From Camelus ferus (lineage: Eukaryota): 64,000 nucleotides of DNA. Where the stretch lies: positions 90,770,001 through 90,834,000 of the forward strand of contig NC_045696.1 in NCBI RefSeq assembly GCF_009834535.1, in the 5' to 3' direction. The notes beneath the pieces are model-generated. The model searched no databases and was not told the origin of the DNA. It was given only the letters and a program-made list of their open reading frames with translations. The number at the start of each line of letters is the position of its first letter. Position 1 is the stretch's first letter. This document shows positions 12,746-26,149 of the stretch, piece by piece. The position numbers and the translations under genes are program-made.

Positions 12746-14249
12746 GGCAAAAAAAGTTATTTTTGAAACTTCATTTTAAGTCTGTTACTTCAAACGCACC
12801 ATAAAAATCACTATGGTTTCTCAATCCAATTCACAGAAGTTTACTGACAGAAAGTATATGAAAACTTACACCAAAAGACTACGTCAGATATACTCAACAA
12901 CAAAACACTATTCCTTTGGGGAAAATACACACATTCTGAATTTTAACTAAGATAAATTAAGTAGGTTAATATTCTTCAGCTTTGGGCACTAACTGACCTA
13001 CATCTGCCTTAGAGAAGTCTTCAATATTGTTGTCAAGTGTTCTGAACTACAGAACGAAGGTCAACTGTCCTCAGTAGGGTCAGAGGATCAAGGCTCTAGT
13101 TGCTCTTAATCAAGTGTTTATAAATAGGATTGTTTATGTATTCCTGACACAGTAATTTCCCACTCATAGAGCCCTAACCAAAAGAAACTTTCTCATCAAA
13201 ATTTCATACAGGTTCAGTTGGATCTATAACTCAAATCAAGTTTTACAACTGAATTATCAGAATTCAAAGCTGGTAAATAAAAATTGAAACCAATCCCTCA
13301 TTGACTTGATTTTTCACTGCTCTAAAATATAAAAAATAATATGCTTGTTTAGTATATCTCTTATTAAGCAATGCTATAGGGCATGACATTTGCTCCTGTT
13401 AATACTAAGGATCTTCTACATGCTAAGAAGGATGCCAGCTGTATTCACGTATTTTCTCTCTTTTAATTCTCTGGAGTATTTAAACATATAGTTATTACTG
13501 TCATCTCCTTTTGGTGTTTTGGGGGGATTTATTTTTCTTGCTTTGGGGGAAGGCAGGGTTGGGTTATTCCTTTGGTTTGGTTTAGTTTGATTTTTGCTTT
13601 GAGAAAACTGAACTCTTGAAAAGTTCAGAGTTCACTGAACCAATGTGTCATAGAGCTGAACTTTGAACCCAGGTTTGTCCACATCCTTTCAACTACAGCC
13701 CACTGCCAGTAAGATCTGATTGCAGTATCATTTTCAAATAAAATCTATAAAACAGAAAATAAGTATCTATACAGATTCATTTCTAAAATATTATCAAAAG
13801 ATTTAACCACACCTTATTATAGGTATATCTATTCATTTAAATACCTTACAATTCTCATGTCAATCTTCAGAAATTCCCAATCATCATCTTTAGTTCCCCC
13901 ATTTTAAGAGAAGATATTAAAAGGTAGAATTGGGACAAAGAAAAAAAGCAAAAGAGAAATGCAGAAAACCCAGTACCTCCCGCCTAAAAAAGCATAAAAC
14001 CCACCCACTATGGCAAAGGTTAAGTCATTTAGTCAAGTTCAAAGATCTTCAAAGACTTCTTAGATCCAGATAAGCCCATATGTTACGAAAATTCTACGAC
14101 AAAGCTATTACTTTCCAATCTGCTTCTCATGTTTAAGATACAGAACACACAGATGCTTGGCATCACTCATCAGTTTTCCTCAATTTTCACACCAGATAAT
14201 CAAGGTCCACCAATAACTTTCCTATCTAAAAGTCCTAGAAATGTCTTTA

Positions 14250-14900
14250 TTCCATCAGTGCTTGGTTCACTTGTTAAATCTGAAAGTAACCATAAAAGAC
14301 CATTCAGTTACTGTACAATAAGTGTTAATTTGCTAATTTCTTCACAGGTAATCAATTAAAATGTAAAATATTGGATAAAATTAGTTGCACTAAATTTAAC
14401 AGCTGCTCCATAAGCATAATTAGTTTCACAAGGGCCATATGTATTCTGAACAGAGACAGAGTTGAAACAAATAGACAGATTTTAACCAAGTTTGAGAAAA
14501 ATCTGCATTTAATTAGCAGGTGGGCACTACAACTGCATAACGTTTTTATACATTTATATTTATGAAGTGACAGAAGATCTAAAGGCTTTTTAAAATGGCG
14601 TTTATTGTTTGAATGGGAACTGTTTTGCTGCATGCTAAAGTGATTTAAATCCTTATAGCTCTGCTTTGAAAAAAAATCATAAATGGTGAAAGAAAACATG
14701 TGGAAAACTGTAAAACTAGAAAGAATTTGCGACAAAAAACAGATACACATACCATAACTAAAAGGAAACTACACTTAATTAAATGTACACTACATCTGGA
14801 ATATCAGCCTAATAAAATGTGAAGCTATTAATTTTCATTGTTCTAAAGGAAATGAGGTCAGTGTCATTTAATAATTCCTCCTATTACACTGGACTAACTC
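14250..14900. promoter_or_regulatory. Candidate conserved non-coding element / developmental enhancer
   Basis: No recognisable TE; dense TAAT/ATTA motifs (taatcaatta, gcataattag, catttaattagc, cacttaattaaat). Function is inferred, not shown. Confidence 0.45.
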
Positions 14901-17900
14901 ATTGGACTGTATGTTCTGGATACCATCTAATCTTAAAATGCTATATACTTTACAATATCCTTAAGTTAAACGTTTTAAATAAAGGCATTTAAATTACAAA
15001 GGAGTAAAAGAATAAAATCAGCAAATGAAATTCTTTAGCAGCTGGTAGCTACCAGCATCATACTTTAAACCTTATAACTTTTGGATGAGGTTTTTCATGG
15101 ATGCCCGTACTAAGTATGAGATCACACTTGTTAGTTCCTGCTAGCATTGAAATACAGAAGTAGAATACATAATTTTAAGAACTAAAATGCTTACCTGGCC
15201 AATAATTTCATTAGTAGACTATATTTACCATTCTCAATTTTAAAATGTATTCGAAAGTTATTTTTTCAAAGGCAACGTAGTTTTTAAAAGTCCTTAATTA
15301 ATAGAGCAATAATATTTGTAAGAAGAAATGATAATTTCCCAAAATTAAAAAGAACAATGAAGCAAATCTTTAATTTCAAATTGTCTGTACATGTTGGGGA
15401 GGGTCAGAGAGGAAAACGCTTACTTGTCAACTAAGTGAACCAGGGCCTTAAAATTTTACTGTTTCTTCACCAAGCTAAATAATGTAGCATTCTACTTAGG
15501 TATCAAACTCACTAAACTTCATAATTTTCTTTAAATAATAAGGCTCTTATACACAAATAAATTTAAATTATTAAACATGAATTTTCATTTTGACATCCAA
15601 TTTTTGGAAATAAAGAAAATATCAACACACTTTCTAATTAACACAACTTAAATCTGTACACAACGTACACAAAAATTAGTAAGTGTTCATCGAATCCTTG
15701 TATCAAAAAAATTTTGAACAATAAATATGATTGTAAAATATAACTGATAAGTTTGTGTTTACAATTAATATTAATTCTTCATGTCAAAAGTAAGAGAGAA
15801 AAACATACAGATCACTCTGACCCACAATAATTAAAAGTTTTTTTAATTAAAATTTTCCTTTAAACAATTACTTCCTTATTCATAACATATAAAAACTAAA
15901 AGGAACAAAAATTTTAATCTCCCCTAATTATATAGCAAATTCTATAATTATAAAACTAAAGGAAAAACTTCAGACACTAAACAGTTTATTTGAAGTTATT
16001 TACCAAAAATGTTTTTAAAAAATTATTCTTAAAAAGCCTCATGCAACTTGTTGCAAGATTTCACTCCATGTAAGTACATAAAACTTAATTTAACGGGACA
16101 GACTGATAGTTTACAACAGATTGCATTCTGCTGCCTTTAAATTAGATTTCCAATTCCTTTTTTTGCTGCTCTTCCAAACCCATGAACAAGTGCTAAATTG
16201 CTTATGTCAATATTTTAATTACCCAGCAAAGGCCTATTTAATGGTAATAAAAGAATCAAAGAAGCAAGACACCTAGGGATGAAACTTATCTCAATGGTCA
16301 CATTTTATAAATAAAAAATAGGATCACGAACATACATCCAGCATTAATGTACATTGTATTGTATTATATGCTCAAGTAAAAGAAGCAAGAATATTTGAAA
16401 TCAAGGTACATGTTAATTTATTTCTGGATTTTGTGTGAGTACTTTAAAAATAATCCTAGTGTGGGTTCCCTCCCCCTACATAAATAGTATAATAGGAAGC
16501 AGAGATATATTTTTACAAAGAGACAGAGTCTATGGCTTTAAAGCCTTGTTTCAGGATAAAAGAAAAAACAAAGGCAAGGTAGAAATGTATATAGACACCT
16601 ATAGTTAATTGAAAACTTAGAAACCATACTTTTCCCTCGTTTTCCCTCTGGATGTTTATCCTGCATGATTCCAAAGTGATTTAATAAAGGTATTCTCAAA
16701 TTCAAGTTTAAGATGCAGTATAAACAATTGACTTTATATTATTGGAAACAGCATCAATAAGTGAAAAAAGTAAACCTAAAAGTGAGAGCCCATTTCAATA
16801 GCACCTAGCATGTGTGACTTTTCATCAACAATAAAACCAAAAAAATTATTAGGTTTATACTCAAACTTATGAGTTATCATTTTACTTTTTACTTTCATAT
16901 AACTCCTTTTGTTTACAAAGGTCCTTCATAAAAAGAAATGGTTTCAATACATAATTAAGTCTACTTTATGCTGATGTTTTCCTTTTTAACCAAGATAAGC
17001 AAAACATAACTTCCTAAGTAAATCAATATTATAATGAATAGCTCTTAAGTTCACTAGAAGATCAACTTACACAGATAATACAAACATTTCTTTTTTTCAA
17101 GCTATCATTCATTTACCTTTTTACTACTAAGGGAAAAAGTTACATATATTAAAAAATAACTTTATAGGTGTCATTTTACTTTAATTTGGTGTTGAAAAAA
17201 TAAAGAATATTAAACCCAGTTTATTCTCTTGAAAATAAAAGGTAACAAAAACCAGTTTATTCTCTTGAAACTTATTTTCAAAATCCTCAAATTATCACCC
17301 AGAGCTTTCCTTACAGATAATTAAATAGAAAGTAAGCTATTTTCCCATTAAATTACTTACATTTATCTGCATTCATACAGATTAAAGTGGAGGGAGTGTT
17401 AGAATTGGAGGCAGTGACAATTGACAATTTAATATAAAAGAATACAGAACAACCTTAAAAATCAGACACTGGGAACCATCAGATCAGAACAGTGTGGGAC
17501 CATACAGCCTACTATTCAAAAATGCACTTTATCGCTACATTACTGTACAGGTTAGTACACCTTGCCATAACTGATACTCATAAAGGCCTCAAACCATTAG
17601 TAAAAACAAAATACAACTGGACTTAAACTTCCATTTCAAAAAAAGAAAACCTACTACTCATGAAAAATAAAAGCTGAAATACTTATCCTTAAGGGAAGAA
17701 TAGTATTCAAAACATATTAATTCAGAAAAAAAGGAATTCTAATTATTATTTGAACCACTCTTCCCTGAATGCAAAGCACTCAATCTGAGCAAAAAGAAGA
17801 GTAAAATAAAAAAGGTTTCCACACGAACTCTCCAAGTATTTTCCACTACACTTAGCCTACAACATTAACTCAAGGAGTTTGAGGAAACCTAAGACTGTGT

Positions 17901-18164
17901 TAAGTACTCATATTTGGGGGCCTGAGCAAGCCAGAGTTCTGAATATCAAGGGGAATTGTGTTATGAAGGGATTTAAAACAAAGTTTATAATCTCAGACCC
18001 ACTGACAAGCCAATATGAGCCCCAATTAGGGATTATTCCTGCCACTTTAAGAAAAGGTATTTATAAAATCAGCTAATGTTCATTAAGTATCAGTCACATA
18101 TTTGACATTATAAACTTTATAAATTGTGACTGACTTACAGAATTCAAAAGACAGAAACACACCA

Positions 18165-18565
18165 AGCACATTCCTGCCTTTGCACTGGCTCTCCCTACTA
18201 TCTCACTGTTCCCCAGACATCTCAGACTCCGTCATCTACTTCAAATCTCTGCCCAAATGACATCTTTTCATTCAATTCTATCATTTCTACTCTGTTAAAC
18301 AATGAAATCCCTCCTCTCTCCTGACCTGCACAACTCCCAATGCCCCATACCTTGTCTGTTTTTCTTTTTTTACTGTGTTAAACCTAATGTCTATATAATT
18401 TACTTATTTATTATAATATTTATTGTTCATTGACTATACTCCTTGCTAGAATGTAAGCTCTACAGGAGCAAATTCTTTTATTTACTGACATATCCCAAGT
18501 GCCAACAATTGTGTCTGTCATACAGAAGACAATCAAATATTTGTTTTAAATGAACAAATAAATCC
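18165..18565 (+). mobile_element. L2 3' portion
   Basis: gcctttgcactggct...ctagaatgtaagctctacagg...tatcccaagtgcc...caaatatttgttttaaatgaacaaataaat. Confidence 0.75.
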
Positions 18566-19261
18566 ATATATTTTCTTAATTTTTCCCTTTTTTTCAATAT
18601 AATCCTGAATGGTTACTTAGTATTTTTCCTTAATATATTCACTTAAATATTTGTTATCTAATTTATTTTCCATGTGTCTAAATTATCTTAATAAATACTA
18701 GAAATTAATGACATTCTATCTTCTTCCTAATAAAATAGCATATCTATAATTAACAGATAAATTATAACAATACTATAAACTGTTTAAACTATGAAACACC
18801 TAAGAAAACTCATTTAAAAATTTCAATAAACTGAAATCTTTTTATCATTAGTTTTCAACAAAACAAATGCACGTATTCCCAACTTTACGCAAGAAATAGA
18901 GAAAATAATCCATCAACTGCCGCATTTTCTCTACTCTGGCATCACTTTGCCATCACACCCTTCCAAATACAGACAATTTCCCCAGATGATAGGAATTTCT
19001 CTCATTTATCCAGATTTCTAACTCTAAGCCAGTCTATATTATTCAGTCCCAAGATCTTCACTATGCAACATCTACCAAATTCATTTTGCTCCTGTGTCCT
19101 CAGAGCCCTAATTAACATAGGGTGTTCCTCAATACAGTTTGAGAATAGCATTTCAGAAACATTCAGGACCTAAATGGTTTTGATGATCATCTATTTCAAT
19201 GAATCTAACCTGTGGCCACCCACTGACCACCTGAGGAGTTTTTTAAAATATACACACAGGA

Positions 19262-21572
19262 AAAAAAAAAACTTGGACCTACACTTCATACCTTATACAA
19301 CGATTAACTCAAAGTAAGTCAGAGACTTGAATGTAAAACATAAAATTGTAAAAATTCTGGAAGAAAACATAGGAGAAGCTTTGGAATCTAGTGCTTGGCA
19401 AAGAATTTTTAGATTTAATAGCAAACACACAATCCAAAAAGGAAAAAATTTATAAACCACACTTTATCAAAATTTAAAACTTGTGCTATGTGAAAGCACC
19501 TGTGAAAAGACTGAAGAGACAAGCTACAGAATGAGAGAAAATATTTGCAAACTAGATATCTGACAAAGGACTAACATCTAAAATATATAATGAATTATTA
19601 AAACAAAACTTAAAAAATCCATTAGAAAACAAAACACATTAACAGAAATTTTACCGAAGAGAATATACAGATAACAAACACATGAAAAGATGTTCAACAT
19701 CATTTATATGGATCCACAAAGGTCCCAGAATTGCCAAAGTGATCCTGAGGAAAACAAACAAGGCTGGAGGCATAACCCTTCCAGACTTCAGACAATACTG
19801 CAGAGCTACAGTAATCAAAACAGTGTGGTATTGGCACAAAAACAGAAATATGGATCAATGGAACAGAACAGAAAACCCTGAAATAAACCCACATACCAAT
19901 GGTCAATTAATTTTCAACAAAGGAGGCAAGAATATACAATGGAGAAAAGACAATCTCTTCAGCAAGCGGTGTTGGAAAAGCTGGACAGCTGCATGTAAAT
20001 CAATGCAGTTAGAACACTCCCTCACACACTACACAGAAATAAATTCAAAATAGCTTAAAGATTTAAAATAAAAGACATGACACCCCAAAACTCCTAGAAG
20101 AGAACATAGGCAAAACATGCTCTGACATAAATCATAGCAATGTTTTCTTAGGTCAGACTCCCTAAGAAACAGACAAAAGAAATAAAAACAAAAATAAACA
20201 AATGGAACCTAATCAAACTTAGAAGCTTTTGCACAGCAAACAAAAAGGCAACCTATGGAATGGCTGATTGCAAATGATGTGACTGGTAAGGGATTAATTT
20301 CTAAAATATACAAACAACTCATACAGCTCAATATCAAAAACACAAATAACCCAATCAAAATAATGGGCAGAAGATCTAAATAGGCATTTTGCCAAAGATG
20401 GAGACATTTCTCCATACAGATGGCCAATAGGCCCATGAAAAGATACTCGACATCACTAATTATCAGAGAAATGTAAATCAAAACTACGAGATATCACCTC
20501 AAGCGAGTCAGAATGGCCATCATCAAAAAGTCTACATATAATAAATGTTGGTGAAAGTGTGGAGAAAAGGCAAACCTCCTACATTGCTGGTGGAAATGTA
20601 AACTGGTGCAGCTACTATGGAAAACAGTATGGAGATTCCTTAAATAATAAGGAACGTAACGTTACCAAATGATCCAGCAATCCCACTCCTGGGCATATAT
20701 CCAGACAAAACTCTAATTTGAAAAGATACATGCACCCCAATGTTCACAGAAGCTCTATTTACAATAGCCAAGACATGGAAGCAACCTAAATCCATATTAT
20801 AACAGTAACATCACTATATACCTATCAGAATGGCTAAAATAAGAAAAAGCAACATCATCAAATGCTGGCAAGGATACAAAAACTGGATGGCTCATACAGT
20901 ACCAGTTGGAATGTAAAATGGTACAACCACCATGGAAAACAGTTTGTCAGTTTCTCATACAAATACTATGATCCCACAATTATATTCTGGGGCATTTATC
21001 CCACTAAAATGAAAACTTATGATCTACAAAAACCTATATATGAATCATCATAGCAGCTTTTTTCATAATAGCCAAAACATGAAAGTAATCCAGACATACT
21101 TAATGTGTGAATAGTTAAACAAACTATGGTACATCCATACCATGGAATACTACCCAGCAACAAAAATAACAAATTATTGATGCATGCAACACTAGGATAA
21201 ATCTTTAGGGAAATATACTGAGTGAAAAAAGCCAACACCAAAGGTTCCAAACTGTACAATTACACCCACATAACATTCTTAAATGACAAAACCTATAGAA
21301 AAGAAGAATAGATCGGTTGCCATGGTTTAAGAAGGGGATACAAGCAAAAGAGAACAAAGTGGATGTGGCTATCAACTGAACAACATGAGGGAATTTTGTG
21401 TTGATATAATGGTTCTCTATCTTACCTGTATCACTGTCAATATTCTGCTTGTGATATTGTACTACAGATACTACCACTGGGGAAACTGGAAAAAGGATAC
21501 ATGGGCTCTCTCTATTATTTCTTACATCTGCATACAAATCCACAGTTATCTCAAAATAAGTTGTACAACTTA
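19262..21572 (+). mobile_element. Old L1 (L1MC/MD-like) ORF2 3' part and 3'UTR, split by a younger L1 fragment
   Basis: Host runs 19262-19703 and resumes about 20800 (cactatatacctatcagaatggctaaaat); 3' end gtactacagatactaccactggggaaactgg...tctcaaaataa. Confidence 0.8.
19704..20795 (+). mobile_element. Younger L1 ORF2 C-terminal internal fragment (no 3'UTR or poly(A))
   Basis: Translates [64 protein letters not shown]. Confidence 0.88.
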
Positions 21573-21579
21573 AAAACAT

Positions 21580-22648
21580 ACACAGACACATTGTTCTGGA
21601 AGTACTAGCCAATGCAACTAGACTAGACAAAACTATAAGAGGCATATGAAGTAGAAATAAAACTTTCTCTATTTGCAGATATTATATTTGAAAACCCTAG
21701 AGAAAAAAATATAAATTAAACCATTCAAAAAGCATTTCAAAAAATTCATCAAGGTAACAGCTCAACTGCAAAATAATTCAGGATATAAAATAAATATTTA
21801 AAAATCAAAAGCATTCATATGTGCAAATAGTGGTAAGAAGACATAATGAATGAAAAGACTCCAATTGTAATAGCAATTTAAAAAATAAATATTGGGTAAT
21901 AAATGTTCAAAACCCAATTAAAAGAAAAACTGTAAACCTTCTTGAAACACACATAAGTAACCTGGAACAAATGGTAAGACATTCTTTGTCATTGGTTAGG
22001 CTGTTTCAACATCATAAAGGTGTCAGTACGTAAGCTGATTTACAAATTTAATGTAATCCCAATAAAAATTCTAATGAGCACTTCTGTGGAGCTAGAAAAG
22101 TTGAACTTAAAATCATATAGAAAATAAATATCCAAGAGTAGCTAGGAAAACAGTGAAAAACAAAGAACTTTCAAGGTGGAACAGACCTACCAGATATTAA
22201 AACATGCTACAAAGCCTTATTTATAATTTATATCAGCACAAGAAAGACAAACAAAAGGATTAGGACAGAAAGCCCAGAAAATATACCCAACTACATATAA
22301 AAGTCTAGTATATGATAAAAGTGGTAACCACTGGGATAAAAACAGTCTTTAAAAAAATGGTTTAGGGGTAACTGCATAATTATTTGGAAGAAAATAAAAT
22401 TAGATATATTCAACACACCATATCCAAAATAAACTCCAAATGGACCAGAGATCTAATGTAAAAATAAAACTCAAAAAAGTACTAGAAGAGCACATGGGTG
22501 AATTCTCTCTCCTATAACCTGGGTGTAGGAAAAAGAAAAAGCACTCTGATTATGACCAAAATTCTAGATAGAAGATAGCTAAATTTAGCACAAACTGGGA
22601 GAAAATATCTGCAAATATATCACAGATAAAGGACTAATATCCCAGTTA
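21580..22648 (+). mobile_element. Old L1 ORF2 fragment
   Basis: ctctatttgcagatatt (LFAD-like); acctaccagatattaaaacatgctacaaagc; aaatatctgcaaatatatcacagataaaggactaatatcc. Confidence 0.75.
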
Positions 22649-22663
22649 AAAAACAAGCAACAG

Positions 22664-23348
22664 TCTTTCTCTTCTGGTCTCAGGCACTTTGGGATCTGCC
22701 TGGCTTGGGTGCAGAGATGGCTGAGTGGAAGAACCACACTATGCACAACCAGTCCCGAAAATGGCACAGAAACAGCATAAAAAAAAAAAAAACCCCGATA
22801 ACAACGATATTAATCTCTTAAGGGAGTGGACCCCAACCCAAGTTCCTGAGGAAAATGTGCCTTGCCAAGAAACACAAGAATGGCCTGAAGATGCAGGCCA
22901 ACAATGCCAAGGCCATGAGTGTTTAGGCTGAGGCTATCAAGGCTCTCGTAAAGTCCAAGGAGGTAAAGCCCGAGATCCCAAAGGGCAACAACCACAAGCT
23001 CAGTCAACTTGCCTACACTGTCCACCTCAAACTCAGGAAACGTGCTCGTGCCCACATCGCCAAGGGGCTCAGGCTCTACCGGCCGAAGGACAAGGACAAG
23101 GCTCAGACCAATGCTGCAGCTTCAGCTGCAGCTCTGCCTCCAGCTCTGGCTCCCAAAGGCACCCAGGCTCCCACAAAGTCTCCAGAGCAGAGGCCTTCAT
23201 CTATTGATGTGAGGATACAAGGACTGGTGTGACCCCTAGGCTGCTGTCTGCATGGGGCTCATGTCCTCCTGTGCTGTTTGTACAAATAAACCTGAGGCAC
23301 GATCTGCCAGGAAATAAATAAATAAACAAACAAACAAATAAATAAGAC
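22664..23348 (+). pseudogene. RPL29: Processed pseudogene of ribosomal protein L29
   Basis: 5' ctttctcttct leader; ATG at 22717 gives [37 protein letters not shown]; later MQANNAKAMS...[19 protein letters not shown]...[22 protein letters not shown]; stops and frameshifts; AATAAA at 23285-23290; A-rich tail; TSD core aaacaagcaa at 22651-22660 and 23349-23358. Confidence 0.95.
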
Positions 23349-23409
23349 AAACAAGCAATGGAAGGGAAAAAAAGCAAAACAAATTGAAATATTGCTTTCA
23401 AGGAACACA

Positions 23410-23730
23410 TATATAAAACAGAAACAGACTCAGACATAGAATACAAACTTATGGTTACCAGAGGGGAGAGGGGTGGGAAGGGACAGACTGGGAGTTCGAA
23501 ATCTGTAGATACTGACAGGTATATATAGAATAGATAAACAAGATTATACTATATATATAGCACAGGGAAATACATATAAGATCTTGTAGTAGCTCACAGT
23601 GGAAAAGAATGTGACAATGAATATATGTATGTTCATGTATAACTGAAAAATTGTGCTCTACACTGGAAATTGATACAACATTGTAAACTGACTATAACTC
23701 AATAAAATAAAATTTAAAAGAAAAGAAAAG
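23410..23730 (+). mobile_element. 5'-truncated young L1 (3'UTR only), camelid type
   Basis: Clearly homologous to the 3'UTR at 31845-32120 (ggttaccag...gggtgggaagggacagactgggag...aaaaattgtgct...cattgtaaa...aataaa) with an A-rich tail. Confidence 0.85.
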
Positions 23731-23744
23731 AAACAAATATAAAA

Positions 23745-25945
23745 TGCAAGAGCATACAAAGTTCGATAGTATAGGAAAAGCTCTACCAGGCAAACAAACA
23801 CTAAGCAAAATATTCACATCAGACAATCTAGATTTTACAACTGAAAGCATTTACTACAGCAGAAGATGGACATTTTATAATGAGAAAAAGCTCAAGATAA
23901 TTACAATTCTGTATTTGTAGGCATACATAATAATACAGTTTCAAGATATATTAATACAAAGCAAGGAGAAAATTTAACACAATTCTTAGTGAGAACAAGT
24001 AAGACAAAAAGATCAGTAAGGTAACAGAATATCTGAACAAGATTAACAAATTTGACCTTATCAGTATATGGAAAACATTTCTACTAATAATTAAAAATAT
24101 ACACATTCCTTTAAAACACATACCACCATTTACAAAAATTGGCCATATGTTGGACCATGGAGGAATCTCAACAAATGTCAAAGGGTTCAAAGTGTTCAAA
24201 ATATGTTTTCTGAGCAAAAAAAATGAATTAAAATTATGCTTGACAATAATAACAGAAAGATAAAACTAGAAAAAAAAACTTTATGTTCAGAAATTTCAAA
24301 ATTCATTTCTAAATGATGGGTCTAAGAAAATATCAAAATGGAGATAAGAAAATATGCTTAATAAAATGATAAGGATACTACCTGGATACAGTTAAAGTTG
24401 TACTTAAAGTAAAATGTATAGCTTTAAATGAATATATTAGAATAAACAATGATTTAAGCATCCATCTCAAGAATTCATTAAAAAATGAACAGCAAATTAA
24501 ATGAAAAGAAAAGAGGAAGAAAATAACAATTCAAGCAAAACTAATGATTAGGAAATAAGCAAAAGAAAGGTCAGTAAAGCCAAAAGAAAATTGATGAGTC
24601 CTTGATGAGACTGATCAAGAGAAATAGAGAGAAGCCTCACATAAATACTATCAAAAATGGAAAAGGGATCATCACAGCAGAATCTACAATGTCAAGAAGG
24701 TATTAGAAACAACTCCCAGTGACTAAATCTGAAAAATTAAATTAAATGAACAAACTCCTACCACACAAAAATTGAATATCAGATGTCAATTCTCTCCATA
24801 TTGACTATTATAGAATCAATAAAACCTAATCAAAAATGCCAGATTGTCCTTTTTTTTTTTTTTTTTTAGCAATAGGCAAGATGATTCTAAAAACTACACA
24901 GATTTACAAGTGGTCAAAATTAGCCAACATATTCTTATGGAAAAACAACTAGATAGAAAAATTTTATCTGATATCAAGAGTTCATTTAAGCACCAGGAAT
25001 TAATTAAGACAGTGTAGTATTAGTGTTAAGGACAGATAAATAGATCAATGGAACAGAATAGAGAATTCATAAGACCCATGCATATATGGGCACTTGATTA
25101 GAACAAGAGCCCTAACAAGCAGTGAAAAGAGAAGTCTTTTCAATAAGAAGTACTAGGTCAACTAGATGACTATTAAAAAACAAAGACAAAAAACTTCACA
25201 CCATGCTACTTTACATAAAAGTAAGTTCCAGATTTAAATGTAAAGGTACAACAATAGAGTTTCTAATAAATTTTCTTCATGATGTTTTAGTAGACAACAA
25301 TTTCTTTAAAAAGATACAAAACGTACTAACCACCCACAAAGGAAAAGCTACATTAAAATTAGAAAGTCCTGAATATCAAAAGACTATTATAAGAGTAAAA
25401 AGACAAGCCAGAGAGTGGAAGATACTTGAAATACATATTAACATACAAAGAACTTATAACCAGAATATATTTTTTTTAACTTAAAAACTTCTACAAATCA
25501 TTAAAAAAACCAACTTTCTAATATAAAACAATAGCCAAAAGATTCAAACAGGCATTTCATAAAAGAGAATATCCAAACTGCCAACAAATGCATGAAAATA
25601 TGCTCAATTAGACAACAGGAGAATAAAATTAAAACCCACAGAGATGCTACTACATATCCATCAAAATGGTTAAAATAACTGATAATATCAAATGCTCTTA
25701 GGGATGTGGACCACCAGGAAGTCTCATACATCGCTAGTGAGAACTTAAATGAGTATAAAACAATTTGTAAAATAGTTTGGCATTAAGCTGAAAGATGAAC
25801 AGGGATTGAAGGGTATTCTTAATGTTCTATTTCTTGACTTCAGTAGTGTTTAAACAAATAGGCTTTCTGTGATAATTCATTTCGCTGAACACTTAAGACT
25901 TCTGCACTTTTATCTGTTATCTCCTGAATAAAAAGCTGTAAGCAA
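23745..25945 (+). mobile_element. Old fragmented L1 (ORF2 pieces through 3' end, L1ME-like)
   Basis: gatttaagcatccatctcaag; gatcaatggaacagaatagag; aatgttctatttcttgac...gataattcatttcgctgaacacttaagac. Confidence 0.75.
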
Positions 25946-26149
25946 ATAAATAAACTTAATCTATCTTACTTATTGGGCGTCATCTTTCTGGACTATTTTC
26001 CTAGGTAATAGGCTTGGTTCAATTTTGAAAGCTCATTACTTAAAACTTTAATCAACCCTTTATTAAGTACCTATCAAAATTCCAAGCATTAAGCTAAGTC
26101 TTTTGTGGCTACAATGCCAATGGTGAGATATCTCACACTTTGGGGTTTT

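Noticed and set aside
14129..14750. Overlapping ORFs up to 132 aa
   Set aside because: No recognisable protein or splice context; better explained as chance ORFs in non-coding DNA
15186..15200. Minus-strand AG|GT motifs as recursive splice sites (also near 33905 and 49475)
   Set aside because: Weak pyrimidine tracts or weak donors; expected by chance in 60 kb and need saw-tooth RNA-seq evidence
22585..23446. Several ORFs over the GC-rich patch
   Set aside because: Alternative frames and antisense of the RPL29 pseudogene
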